In this document: positions 43,097 through 50,575 of the stretch, piece after piece | Numbering within the stretch: the stretch's first letter is position 1 | How the letters are laid out: every line of letters starts with the position of its first letter | Source: Actinomycetota bacterium | GTDB lineage: Bacteria > Actinomycetota > Acidimicrobiia > IMCC26256 > JAENVU01 | Direction of reading: 5' to 3' | DNA length: 64,000 bases | Assembly: GCA_016870395.1 (NCBI GenBank) | Contig: VGBT01000002.1 | Span: forward strand, 69,680 to 133,679 | Translations under genes and position numbers: made by a program | The notes under the pieces: generated by a model | Told to the model about the DNA's origin: nothing | Seen by the model: the letters and a program-made list of their open reading frames with translations, nothing else | Databases searched by the model: none

Positions 43097-43139
43097 TTCT
43101 GCATGCATATCAGCAGCATCACTGCTATTCTGCATGCAT
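43097..43139 (+). promoter_or_regulatory. Two copies of TTCTGCATGCAT (each containing the 8-bp palindrome TGCATGCA) 31 bp apart, the second overlapping the vapB start codon (candidate operator)
   Basis: Copy 1 is at 43097-43108 and copy 2 at 43128-43139. Between them lies the small inverted repeat AGCAG...CTGCT (43112-43116 / 43122-43126). Confidence 0.4.
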
Positions 43140-43371
43140 GCCCGCGATAACGATCCGCGACGTACCGGTCGGCGTGCGCGACGAGCTGGCCGCGCGGGCA
43201 GCGCGTGCCGGACAGTCGCTGCAGGAGTACCTGCGCGCGCAGCTCGTCGAGGCGGCCGGCCGACCGACCGTCGACGACGCACTCGCCCGCGCGCGGGCGC
43301 GGCTCCTGGTCGCGGGTGCCGAGCTGACCACACAGGAGATCCTCGGCGACCTCGCTGCTGAACGAAGGTGA
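43138..43371 (+). CDS. vapB: Ribbon-helix-helix antitoxin (VapB/FitA-like)
   Basis: From ATG 43138, MPAITIRDVPVGVRDELAARAARAGQSLQEYLRAQL... is the typical RHH N-terminus. The protein is 77 aa. Its stop overlaps the vapC GTG (GTGA). Confidence 0.75.
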   Translation: MPAITIRDVPVGVRDELAARAARAGQSLQEYLRAQLVEAAGRPTVDDALARARARLLVAGAELTTQEILGDLAAERR

Positions 43372-43766
43372 GCGTCGCCGTCGTCGACGCCTCGACACTG
43401 GTCGCGGTCCTCACCTCCACGAGCGCCGACGCCGACTGGGCGAGACGAGCGGTCGCGGCACACTCCGTCGCCGCTCCTCACCTCGTGTGCTTCGAAGCCG
43501 CGAACGTGTTGCGGCGGGTCGAGCGTCGCGGCTCGTTGAGCGCCGACCTCGCGGCGCTGATCCACCGGGACCTGGTCGAGTTCCCCGTGGAGCTGTGGCC
43601 GTACCGGATCCTTGCCGAACGCGCGTGGGAGCTCCGAGCCAGCGCAACCCCATACGGCGCCGCGTACCTCGCACTCGCGGAGCTGCTCGATGCGCCGTTG
43701 CTCACGCTCGATCGGCGCCTCACCTCCGTCCCGGGTGCACGCTGCGAGATTTGGACTCCGCCGTAG
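43368..43766 (+). CDS. vapC: PIN-domain ribonuclease toxin VapC
   Basis: VAVVDASTLV (first acidic residue), ...FEAANVL..., ...AAYLALAELLDAPLLTLDRRL (the distal Asp). 132 aa. Confidence 0.85.
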   Translation: MSVAVVDASTLVAVLTSTSADADWARRAVAAHSVAAPHLVCFEAANVLRRVERRGSLSADLAALIHRDLVEFPVELWPYRILAERAWELRASATPYGAAYLALAELLDAPLLTLDRRLTSVPGARCEIWTPP

Positions 43767-43890
43767 CATGACCGGCGGCAGCGACGCGGCACCGGAGTTC
43801 AGCACGCGTGACAGGAGGACGGTTCATGGGCGACGACACCGAGAACCAGCAGGGCCGGACCTTCATCGGGCTCGGCACGGGAGCTCGACC

Positions 43891-44061
43891 GTGACCATCG
43901 CGATGCCGTTCTCCAAGGTCACCAATACCGACAGCGAAATCCGAGAGGCCGGGGTCGAGTCAACCCGGATGGTCGCCCGGCTCGCGAGGTGCCCGAAAGA
44001 CGAGCGCGCGACGGTCGCCAAGGCCGCCGAGGAGCTCGCCGAGCGACTGCTCGGTAACTGA
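43891..44061 (+). CDS. Hypothetical small protein (56 aa), weak call
   Basis: GTG 43891 overlaps the TGA of a 22-codon micro-ORF (ATG 43826) that has an AGGAGG 7 nt upstream. The sequence VTIAMPFSKVTNTDSEIREAGVE...AAEELAERLLGN is not low-complexity. I recognise no family. Confidence 0.25.
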   Translation: MTIAMPFSKVTNTDSEIREAGVESTRMVARLARCPKDERATVAKAAEELAERLLGN

Positions 44062-44065
44062 GCCG

Positions 44066-44845
44066 TTACCGGCCCTTCCAGACCGGGTCGCGCTTCTCGG
44101 CGAACGCGGCGACTCCCTCCGCCGCGTCCTCCGACAGGGTGTGCACGGTCAGCATCCCCTGCAGCAAGTCGAGCGCGCTGTCGGCGTCCATCTCGAGCAC
44201 GCGGTAGAACGCGTCACGCCCCCAGCGCATCACGAGCGGCGACTTCGCGGCGAGCGTCGCGGCGAGCTCGTCGACCACGGCGTCGAGCTCGGCCACGGGG
44301 ACGACGCGGTTCACGAAGCCAATCCGCGCTGCTTCCGCCGCGTCGACCCGTCGACCGGTCATCTGCAGCTCGAGCACGGTGCGCGCCGGCATCGAGCGCA
44401 GCAGCGGCACGGTGATCATGTACGGCCAGAGCCCCACGTTCACCTCGGGCGTACCGAACTGCGCGTCGTCGGCCGCAACCACGAGATCGCACGCGAGCGC
44501 GAGGCCGAACCCGCCGGCGAGCGCGTAGCCTCGTACCCGGGCGATCGTCGGCTTGCCGAGCCCCCACAGCTCCCGAAACAGGTTGGCGAGGAGCCCACGC
44601 CCGTCGTGGTCGGCGGCCGCGCCGGCGTTCTCGGCGATGCCGCCCAGGTCGGCCCCCGCGCAGAACGCCCGGTCGCCGGCCCCGGCCAGCACCAGCACCC
44701 GCACCTCGTCGTCGGCCTTCGCTGCCCCGACCGCGTCACGCAGCCCCTGCATCACCCCGTACGACATCGCATTACGTCGTTCGGGCCGGTTGATCGTCAC
44801 CCGGGCGACGCCGTCGGCGACCTCGTAGCGCACCTCGTCGGTCAT
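44066..44845 (-). CDS. Enoyl-CoA hydratase/isomerase family protein
   Basis: From ATG 44845, motifs are VARVTINRPERRNAMS, VLVLAGAGDRAFCAGADLGG, KPTIARVRGYALAGGFGLALACDLVVA and ..EGVAAFAEKR. Confidence 0.85.
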   Translation of the reverse strand: MTDEVRYEVADGVARVTINRPERRNAMSYGVMQGLRDAVGAAKADDEVRVLVLAGAGDRAFCAGADLGGIAENAGAAADHDGRGLLANLFRELWGLGKPTIARVRGYALAGGFGLALACDLVVAADDAQFGTPEVNVGLWPYMITVPLLRSMPARTVLELQMTGRRVDAAEAARIGFVNRVVPVAELDAVVDELAATLAAKSPLVMRWGRDAFYRVLEMDADSALDLLQGMLTVHTLSEDAAEGVAAFAEKRDPVWKGR

Positions 44846-44925
44846 GCCGGGGAAGCGTACGCGGACCAGCTCGGGACACTCCTGGTCCACCGCGGAAGCC
44901 GCGCCCGTCGCTACCCTCGGGCCCG

Positions 44926-45588
44926 GTGCTGCTGTACGGGATCGCGCTGCTGCTCGCCGTCCTCGTCGTACCCCTCACCGGCGGGGAGTACCGGCGGCTC
45001 GGGGAGATCGAGCTCCACCGCTGGGCACTGCTCTTCGCGGGTCTGGGCATCCAGGTCGCGCTCGAGTTCCTCGTGCTCCCGGAGGCCCGTTGGGACGATG
45101 TCGGCCTCGCGCTGCTCCTCGGCTCGTACGTCTGCATCCTCGGGTTCTGCCTCTCGAACCTGCGCACGGCGGGCATCGCGGTCATCACGATCGGCGTTGC
45201 CATGAACGCGTTCGTCATCGCGCTCAACCAGGGCATGCCGTACGAGACCGCCAAGGGGGTGGGCTTCGATACCACCGTGAAGCACCGGCCGGTCCAGGAC
45301 GGCGACGTGCTCGTCGCGCTCGCCGACTCGATACCGCTGGGCGAGCCGTTCCGGGCCTCGATCTCGTTCGGCGACCTCGTGGTCGCCGTCGGCCTGATCG
45401 ACCTCGCCTACCGCAAGAGTTGTCGACCGCGACGTGCTCGGGTCCGGACCCAACACCCCGCCGAGACCTGGGACATCGACCTCGCGGCGTACGAGCGGTG
45501 GCTAGAAGCGGGCGGGAACCGCGGTCCCGATCACGACCCGTTCGAGAGCACCGAGTACCCGCGCGTCGTAGACGTATCCCGGACCTGA
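44926..45588 (+). CDS. Polytopic membrane protein, DUF5317-like
   Basis: It has four or five hydrophobic helices, with ...GVAMNAFVIALNQGMPYE... and ...ISFGDLVVAVGLIDLAY... reminiscent of DUF5317 as I recall it. The basic/acidic tail overlaps the convergent HD gene by 87 nt, so the 3' end is uncertain. Confidence 0.55.
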   Translation: MLLYGIALLLAVLVVPLTGGEYRRLGEIELHRWALLFAGLGIQVALEFLVLPEARWDDVGLALLLGSYVCILGFCLSNLRTAGIAVITIGVAMNAFVIALNQGMPYETAKGVGFDTTVKHRPVQDGDVLVALADSIPLGEPFRASISFGDLVVAVGLIDLAYRKSCRPRRARVRTQHPAETWDIDLAAYERWLEAGGNRGPDHDPFESTEYPRVVDVSRT

Positions 45589-46644
45589 GAAGAGGGCTTC
45601 GACGGCCGCGTCGGCGAACGCGGCGTCGCCGACCGACAGCTCGTCGAACGCGCTGGCGACCCGCAGGATCTGCCCGCCGAGGCTGGCGCTGTCCGACGCG
45701 AGGAGGTCGCCGGCCGACAGGTAGCCGGTCCGGCGCAGGATCTCCGCGCCCTTGTCACTGACCTCGCTCGGCTGGATCGGCACGCCGCGCACCTCGGGAT
45801 CGTCCAGGCAGAGATGACCGAGATGATGGAGCAACGCGGCTGTCCGGAGGTACTCAAGCTCGTGGCGGCCGAGCCCGAGGTCGTCGCCGAGTGCGACGGA
45901 CAGGTCGGCGACCCGCTCGGCGTGGCCGGAACGCGCCAGGCCGGCGAGCTCGGGCACCACCGAGAGCGCGGTGATGGTCTGCTCGTGCGTGCGCCGGATC
46001 GAGGCAAGGCGCTTGTACGAGTACCACGCCGCGAGCAGTGGGATCGAGAAGAGCAGCGGTGCCCAGAGGCCCATGCCCTCTGTACCGTCGGTGCCCCGAT
46101 ACGCGACCGACATCAGCATCCCGCTCGTCACGAGGGCGAGGTCCGCGAGGCGCCCGTCGATCGACCAGCTGAGATGACGGGCGCGCAGCATGCGAGCTGC
46201 GTCGTCGACACCGATCTGGACCACGCCCGCCGCCCCGAGCGCGAGGAGCACCACCCCGATCTCGTCGGGTCTCAACGCGAGCTCGAGGATCAGGAGGTAC
46301 ACGCCCAGTGCAGCCGCCGCGCCGACCAGCCGACTGGCCGTCGTGACCAGCCGGGCCGACATCGAACGCGCCGGCCGGAGGACGAAGGCCACCGCAAGCG
46401 CCCCGAGCAGGACCAGCGCGAAGTCGCCCGACGACGCGGCGCGCATCAGCACCATCACGAACGCGAAGGAGAGCGGCAGTGGGGCGCGTCTACCGGGTCG
46501 CAGGAGGAAGAACTCACCCAGGACGATCGCAGCACCGAGGACCACGAGCGCGCTCCAGGGCCCACCCGGATCCAGAACCTGGGTCACGGCGGCCGCGAGG
46601 GCGCCCAGCGCCGCCACGATGAGGACACGCGACGCGCGCGTCAT
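45502..46644 (-). CDS. Membrane protein with a C-terminal degenerate HD domain (HD dyad reads HH)
   Basis: The polytopic N-terminal half is followed by GHAERVADLSVALGDDLGL...RTAALLHHLGHL...RVASAFDEL. It aligns to the HD domain of the upstream paralog, but LHD(V)GK is replaced by LHHLGH. ATG 46644 overlaps the upstream stop (ATGA). Confidence 0.7.
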   Translation of the reverse strand: MTRASRVLIVAALGALAAAVTQVLDPGGPWSALVVLGAAIVLGEFFLLRPGRRAPLPLSFAFVMVLMRAASSGDFALVLLGALAVAFVLRPARSMSARLVTTASRLVGAAAALGVYLLILELALRPDEIGVVLLALGAAGVVQIGVDDAARMLRARHLSWSIDGRLADLALVTSGMLMSVAYRGTDGTEGMGLWAPLLFSIPLLAAWYSYKRLASIRRTHEQTITALSVVPELAGLARSGHAERVADLSVALGDDLGLGRHELEYLRTAALLHHLGHLCLDDPEVRGVPIQPSEVSDKGAEILRRTGYLSAGDLLASDSASLGGQILRVASAFDELSVGDAAFADAAVEALFSGPGYVYDARVLGALERVVIGTAVPARF

Positions 46645-48047
46645 CGGGCCACCTTCGACCCGTCGGTGTCGGGCATGAGGTCGCCGAGCCCGGCCGATCC
46701 GGTGCCCGCCTCGGGTGCGTCCTCGTGGTGCACCGCCGCTTCGTGGCCACGCCCGTGCACTTCGCCTCGGCGTCGTAACGCGGAGATGAGCGCGTCGACG
46801 ACGCGAGGATCGAACTGCTTGCCCGCGTTCTGCTGGAGCTCGGTGAACGCGATCTCCTGGGTGAGCGCCTTGCGGTACGAGCGCGTCGAGGTCATCGCGT
46901 CATAGGCGTCGGCCACCGCCACGATGTGCGGCTCGATGGGTTGATCTCGCTCGTCGGCCACCGGCGCGAACTCCCCCGCCTTGGTAGTCGCGCTGCGTGC
47001 TACCGGTGCGAGGAAGTCGATCCGGGTCAGGATCTCGAACGACACCTCCTCGTGTCGACGCACCTGTGTGAACTCCTCCGCGGTGAGCTTGCCGGGCTTG
47101 TTCAGGAGGTGGTTGGGGACAACGAGCTTGCCCACGTCGTGCATCAGCGCCGCGAGCCGCAGCCGCTCGAGGCGGCTCGCGGGGACGCCGAGCTCGATCC
47201 CGATGTAGTGCACGTAGGTGGCGACCCGCTCCGCGTGGCCCGCGGTGTAGGGGTCCTTGGCCTCGAGCGCGCCAATCAGGATGCGAACGGTCGCCTCGTG
47301 CTGCTCCTTCTCGGCGAGGTACGCAGAGTAGGCCTGTCGGGCCACGAGGATCGGCACGACGAAGAGCGGGACGAGCACGACCCCGTATTCCAGGTAGAGC
47401 TCGCCGAGGAACACGCCGAGGAACGCGAACGGCAGGTAGATCAGGTACTCCTTGCTCACGAGGCCGATCATCGCCAGGAGCCGCTGGCCCGTCGCGAGCG
47501 CGATGACAAGCGCGACGAGCACCAGGTTGACCACTGCATAGGCCAGAGCCGCGGGCAGCGACGCGAGCAGGAGCTCGGCCGGCGGCGCGTGCCCGGATCC
47601 GACGATGAACCAGAGGACGCTCGTACCGGCGAGGGCGGCGAACGCGAACATCGACGCGTTGAACAACAGCTTCCGCCATTCCCAGCCCATGAGATGCGGG
47701 ATGTTGAGGCAGCCGGCCGCGCCGACCAGCATCGGCCCCAGGTAGCTCTCAGAGTCGCGAAAAACCACCATCGCGCCCATGCAGAGCATGACGCCCGCGC
47801 TCGACGCGAGCTGATCGTGGGGAATCGCGATCTGGCTCTCGCTGAACGCGTGCAGCACTGCGAGCGTCAGAAGCGGGAGCAGCACAGGCCACGGACCGCG
47901 CGCGCCGAGCGCCACGGCGGTCGCCGTGGCGGCGATACCGAGCCCGGCGCAGAGCGCCGTGACCCGTGCCTGCTGGTTGGGCTCGTGCACTCGGTCCTCG
48001 GGGTGATCGGCCAGAGGCGGCAAGTCCTCGGCGCCGTGGTCACACAT
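46641..48047 (-). CDS. Membrane-bound HD-domain phosphohydrolase (HD-GYP-related; GYP motif not evident)
   Basis: The polytopic N-terminal half is followed by GHAERVATYVHYIGIELG...LAALMHDVGKLVVP...VAVADAYDAMTSTRSYRKAL. The region where HHE..DG.GYP would sit reads RRHEEVSFEIL. Confidence 0.8.
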   Translation of the reverse strand: MCDHGAEDLPPLADHPEDRVHEPNQQARVTALCAGLGIAATATAVALGARGPWPVLLPLLTLAVLHAFSESQIAIPHDQLASSAGVMLCMGAMVVFRDSESYLGPMLVGAAGCLNIPHLMGWEWRKLLFNASMFAFAALAGTSVLWFIVGSGHAPPAELLLASLPAALAYAVVNLVLVALVIALATGQRLLAMIGLVSKEYLIYLPFAFLGVFLGELYLEYGVVLVPLFVVPILVARQAYSAYLAEKEQHEATVRILIGALEAKDPYTAGHAERVATYVHYIGIELGVPASRLERLRLAALMHDVGKLVVPNHLLNKPGKLTAEEFTQVRRHEEVSFEILTRIDFLAPVARSATTKAGEFAPVADERDQPIEPHIVAVADAYDAMTSTRSYRKALTQEIAFTELQQNAGKQFDPRVVDALISALRRRGEVHGRGHEAAVHHEDAPEAGTGSAGLGDLMPDTDGSKVAR

Positions 48048-48053
48048 GAACGA

Positions 48054-48140
48054 CTACCGCCACCTGGCAGCGCCGCCGGCGAGCAGCAGCGCAGCCGCGC
48101 TCGACATGAGCAGACCCATGCGGACGTAGATCCTCTTCAT
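48054..48140 (-). CDS. Candidate 28-codon hydrophobic upstream ORF (leader peptide or small membrane peptide), weak call
   Basis: My own translation is ATG 48140 MKRIYVRMGLLMSSAAALLLAGGAARWR* with TAG at 48054-48056. The stop lies 6 nt before the HD gene ATG (48047). A purine-rich AAGAGGG lies about 10 nt upstream. It falls below the ORF-track size cut-off. Confidence 0.25.
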   Translation of the reverse strand: MKRIYVRMGLLMSSAAALLLAGGAARWR

Positions 48141-48549
48141 GGGAAGATCACCCTCTTTACGAGGTTCCTCCCTGGCGCACCGCTAGAGCTCCAGAGGTGT
48201 TCCGCTTCGCTCCTCGGACCCTTCGGTCCGAACGGTGGCACCGAGGCCTTGCCGTCTCCGTCTGATCAGTTCCGAGATCCGGGTTGCACGCACCTCCCTC
48301 TCGGGGCCTTCAGCTGACGCTCCACCCGCGGTCTGGTTCGGCCGAGGGGACCGGCGACTGTAGGGGCCGTCGGGCCCAGGCCGCTCTTGCGCCCGAGACA
48401 AACGTTACATCAGCAACATTAACCACAGCAGTCTCACCTATGACACGCGGTGCGCGCAAGCAAAGGACGGGAAAACCACCAACCGTGGCCGAACCCGCCG
48501 TACGATCGCTCTCGGGGCCCAACAGGCGGGCCGAAGACGGGAGCAGCGG

Positions 48550-49266
48550 GTGGACGAAGCGGACCAGGACGTCGGAGGCGAGCCCGCCGGGGTCGGCAGC
48601 GTCGAAGTGAAAGCCCGGGTAGAGGCGGAGGTCCTCGAGCTGGAGCGGGAGCTGTGTCGGCTCCCGGAGGTCTCCGCCGCCAGGGTGGTCACCGACCCGT
48701 CGGGTCGGCCCACCGAGGTGCACATCCTGGCCACCTCCGGCAAGCACGCCAAGCAGGTGGTGCGTGACGTCCAGTCGGTCGCGCTCGCGAGCTTCGGCCT
48801 CGAGCTCGACCGCCGCATCGTGTCGGTCGTCCAGCTCGGTGGCAACGGCAACGGCAACCACGACGGCGGGGTGCCACCGGCGTTCCGCCCGGTCCTGGTC
48901 GACGTGGCCTCGGAGGTCAGCGGCCTACGGTCGCTCGTGCGCGTGACACTCCGCCGCGGCGACAGCGAGGCCGTCGGGTTCGCCGAGGGATCGATCGCCT
49001 CCTCGGCCCGTCACCGGCTGGTAGCCACGGCGACGCTCGACGCGCTCCGCCAGCTCGAGGCCGCTGCGGAGTGCCTCGACGTCGACAGCGCGCACATGGT
49101 GCGCGTCGGCGTGAACGACGTCGCGATCGTCACGGTGGTCTTCGTGCTGCCCCCGAGCGAGGAGCTCTCATCGGGTTCCGCGGTCGTCCGTCGCCACGAG
49201 GAGGCCGACGCGGTCGTGCGCGCCGTGCTCGACGCGACGAACCGCCGACTGCCCAGTCTCGCCTGA
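48550..49266 (+). CDS. Hypothetical protein (two-part alpha/beta text, no family recognised)
   Basis: 238-aa ORF with good codon-bias-like third-position GC. GGGAG lies 6 nt before GTG 48550. An N-terminal acidic region is followed by ...PEVSAARVVTDPSGRPTEVHILATSGKHAKQVVRDVQSVALASFGLELD..., an NGNGN linker and a second domain. Confidence 0.55.
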   Translation: MDEADQDVGGEPAGVGSVEVKARVEAEVLELERELCRLPEVSAARVVTDPSGRPTEVHILATSGKHAKQVVRDVQSVALASFGLELDRRIVSVVQLGGNGNGNHDGGVPPAFRPVLVDVASEVSGLRSLVRVTLRRGDSEAVGFAEGSIASSARHRLVATATLDALRQLEAAAECLDVDSAHMVRVGVNDVAIVTVVFVLPPSEELSSGSAVVRRHEEADAVVRAVLDATNRRLPSLA

Positions 49267-49287
49267 ACCGCGTCCCGCCCGTGCCCG

Positions 49288-50124
49288 TCAGCGCGGCTCG
49301 ACCGAGCCGAGGCGGCGACCGAGATACGGCACCAGGTCGCACGCGGCCTCCACGTCGTGGACGCGCAGCACGTCGGCGCCGTTCTCGATCGAGAGGGTCA
49401 GGTACGCCAGCATGTGATGCGTCTCGGCCTTGCGCGGTACGGGGATCAGCACGGGTGCCCCCGCCACGCGGCGCAGCTCGGCGAGCGCTCGGATCGTCTC
49501 GAGCTGGAAGCGGCCGTAGGCCACGTAGTCGCTGCGGTAGTTGATCGACAGTCCCGGATCGACGAGCAGCTGGCCCACCCCCCGAGCCCGCAGCTCCGTC
49601 ACCCTCGACGCGAGCGACGCCGCGATGGCCACGGGGCGGCCGTCGACCAGGACGCGATCGCCGACCGTCAGGGGGTTCTCGCCCTCGATGTGCATCGCGA
49701 CCGCACCCAGCTCTCGTCCCGCGAGCAGCTCCACCATCGCCTCGTCGGCGAGGCCGCCGGTGTCGTTGACGATCGAAGCGCCGGCAGCGACCGCGCTGGC
49801 GGCAACCGCGGGCTTCCACGTGTCGACCGACACCACGAACCCGTCGGCGACGAGCAGCTCGAGCGCAGGGAGCATCCGGTCGAGCTCCTCGGCCGGCGAG
49901 AGCTCGCGGTTCTCGAAGTGGCTGGACTGGGCGCCCAGGTCGATGATCGAAGCGCCCCGCTCTCGGTACTGGCGTGCCCGCTCTAGCGCCTCGGCGGGCG
50001 AGTCGACCACGGAGTGGCGAACCCGCGACTCCGGCGAGAGGTTCACCACCGCCATGACGTGGGTGAGGTCGTCGCCGAACCGGAGGCGAGCGCCGGGAAG
50101 CAGCATCTCGCGATCGGGCGCCAC
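49288..50124 (-). CDS. Pterin-binding (dihydropteroate synthase-like) domain protein, divergent
   Basis: The overall DHPS/TIM-barrel text is present (VMAVVNLSPES..., GASIIDLGAQSS..., VSVDTWKP..., IVNDTGG..., LLVDPGL...). However, the canonical TPDSF and GGESTRPG motifs are replaced (SPESR, GAQSSHFEN). Confidence 0.65.
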   Translation of the reverse strand: MAPDREMLLPGARLRFGDDLTHVMAVVNLSPESRVRHSVVDSPAEALERARQYRERGASIIDLGAQSSHFENRELSPAEELDRMLPALELLVADGFVVSVDTWKPAVAASAVAAGASIVNDTGGLADEAMVELLAGRELGAVAMHIEGENPLTVGDRVLVDGRPVAIAASLASRVTELRARGVGQLLVDPGLSINYRSDYVAYGRFQLETIRALAELRRVAGAPVLIPVPRKAETHHMLAYLTLSIENGADVLRVHDVEAACDLVPYLGRRLGSVEPR

Positions 50125-50150
50125 GGCCGCATCCTACGTACGCTCGCCCT

Positions 50151-50408
50151 GTGATGGACCCTGTCGTCACACGGCGCACCCGCATCGCCCGCGTCGTCGT
50201 GCTGGCCAAGCGCATCGGCTACCTCGCGCTGCTCGGCGCGATCGCGGCGTTCGTGCTCGGCGCGATCACGGGCTTCCCGACCTGGACCGTGGCGATCGCG
50301 GTGGCGGGTCTCGTGGCGGCGACGGTCGTGCTACCGATCCCCATCGTCCTCGGCTACGGCATCCGCGCCGCCGAGAGGGAAGAGCGAGGCGGAGGCTCCT
50401 TCCACTGA
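50151..50408 (+). CDS. Small two-TM membrane protein, hypothetical
   Basis: 85 aa with two clear hydrophobic helices (IGYLALLGAIAAFVLGAI / VAIAVAGLVAATVVLPIPIVL). Divergent from the DHPS-like gene with a 26-nt spacer. Confidence 0.5.
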   Translation: MMDPVVTRRTRIARVVVLAKRIGYLALLGAIAAFVLGAITGFPTWTVAIAVAGLVAATVVLPIPIVLGYGIRAAEREERGGGSFH

Positions 50409-50429
50409 CACCACTGTTCCTGCACCGAA

Positions 50430-50485
50430 TCTGCGCACCAGAGCGCCAGAATTCGGCGCGGGAACTGAGCACCCTGGTGCGCAGA
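50430..50485 (+). terminator. Nested hairpin: perfect 12-bp inverted repeat TCTGCGCACCAG / CTGGTGCGCAGA enclosing GCGCC-agaattc-GGCGC
   Basis: The arms are at 50430-50441 and 50474-50485. It lies 22 nt after the small membrane protein stop and about 90 nt before the ADH start. There is no U-run, so it could be either a terminator or an operator. Confidence 0.35.
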
Positions 50486-50575
50486 ACGCGCCCCGGAACC
50501 CGGGATGCGGCCGTTTTCACGCAGGGCGATCGGCGGGATTAGGGTGCTCGGGCCATTCCGTCGAAGGGGAGCACC

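Noticed and set aside
43612-44061. 149-aa ORF overlapping the 3' half of vapC
   Set aside because: Its first roughly 90 codons are an alternative frame of vapC and the intergenic region with Arg/Ser/Pro-rich text. Only the last 56 codons (from GTG 43891) look protein-like, and these were kept as a weak call.
48141-48549. Assignment of the structured leader to a known riboswitch class: glycine (ACCGAAGGG / CUCUGGAG-like strings), ZTP (GGCCUGGGCC-like), cobalamin (GCCACCG) or c-di-GMP
   Set aside because: Only short fragments resemble the consensus elements. They occur in the wrong order or spacing, and the downstream genes do not fit the glycine, purine or B12 regulons. A covariance-model search is required, so I report it only as an unassigned structured region.
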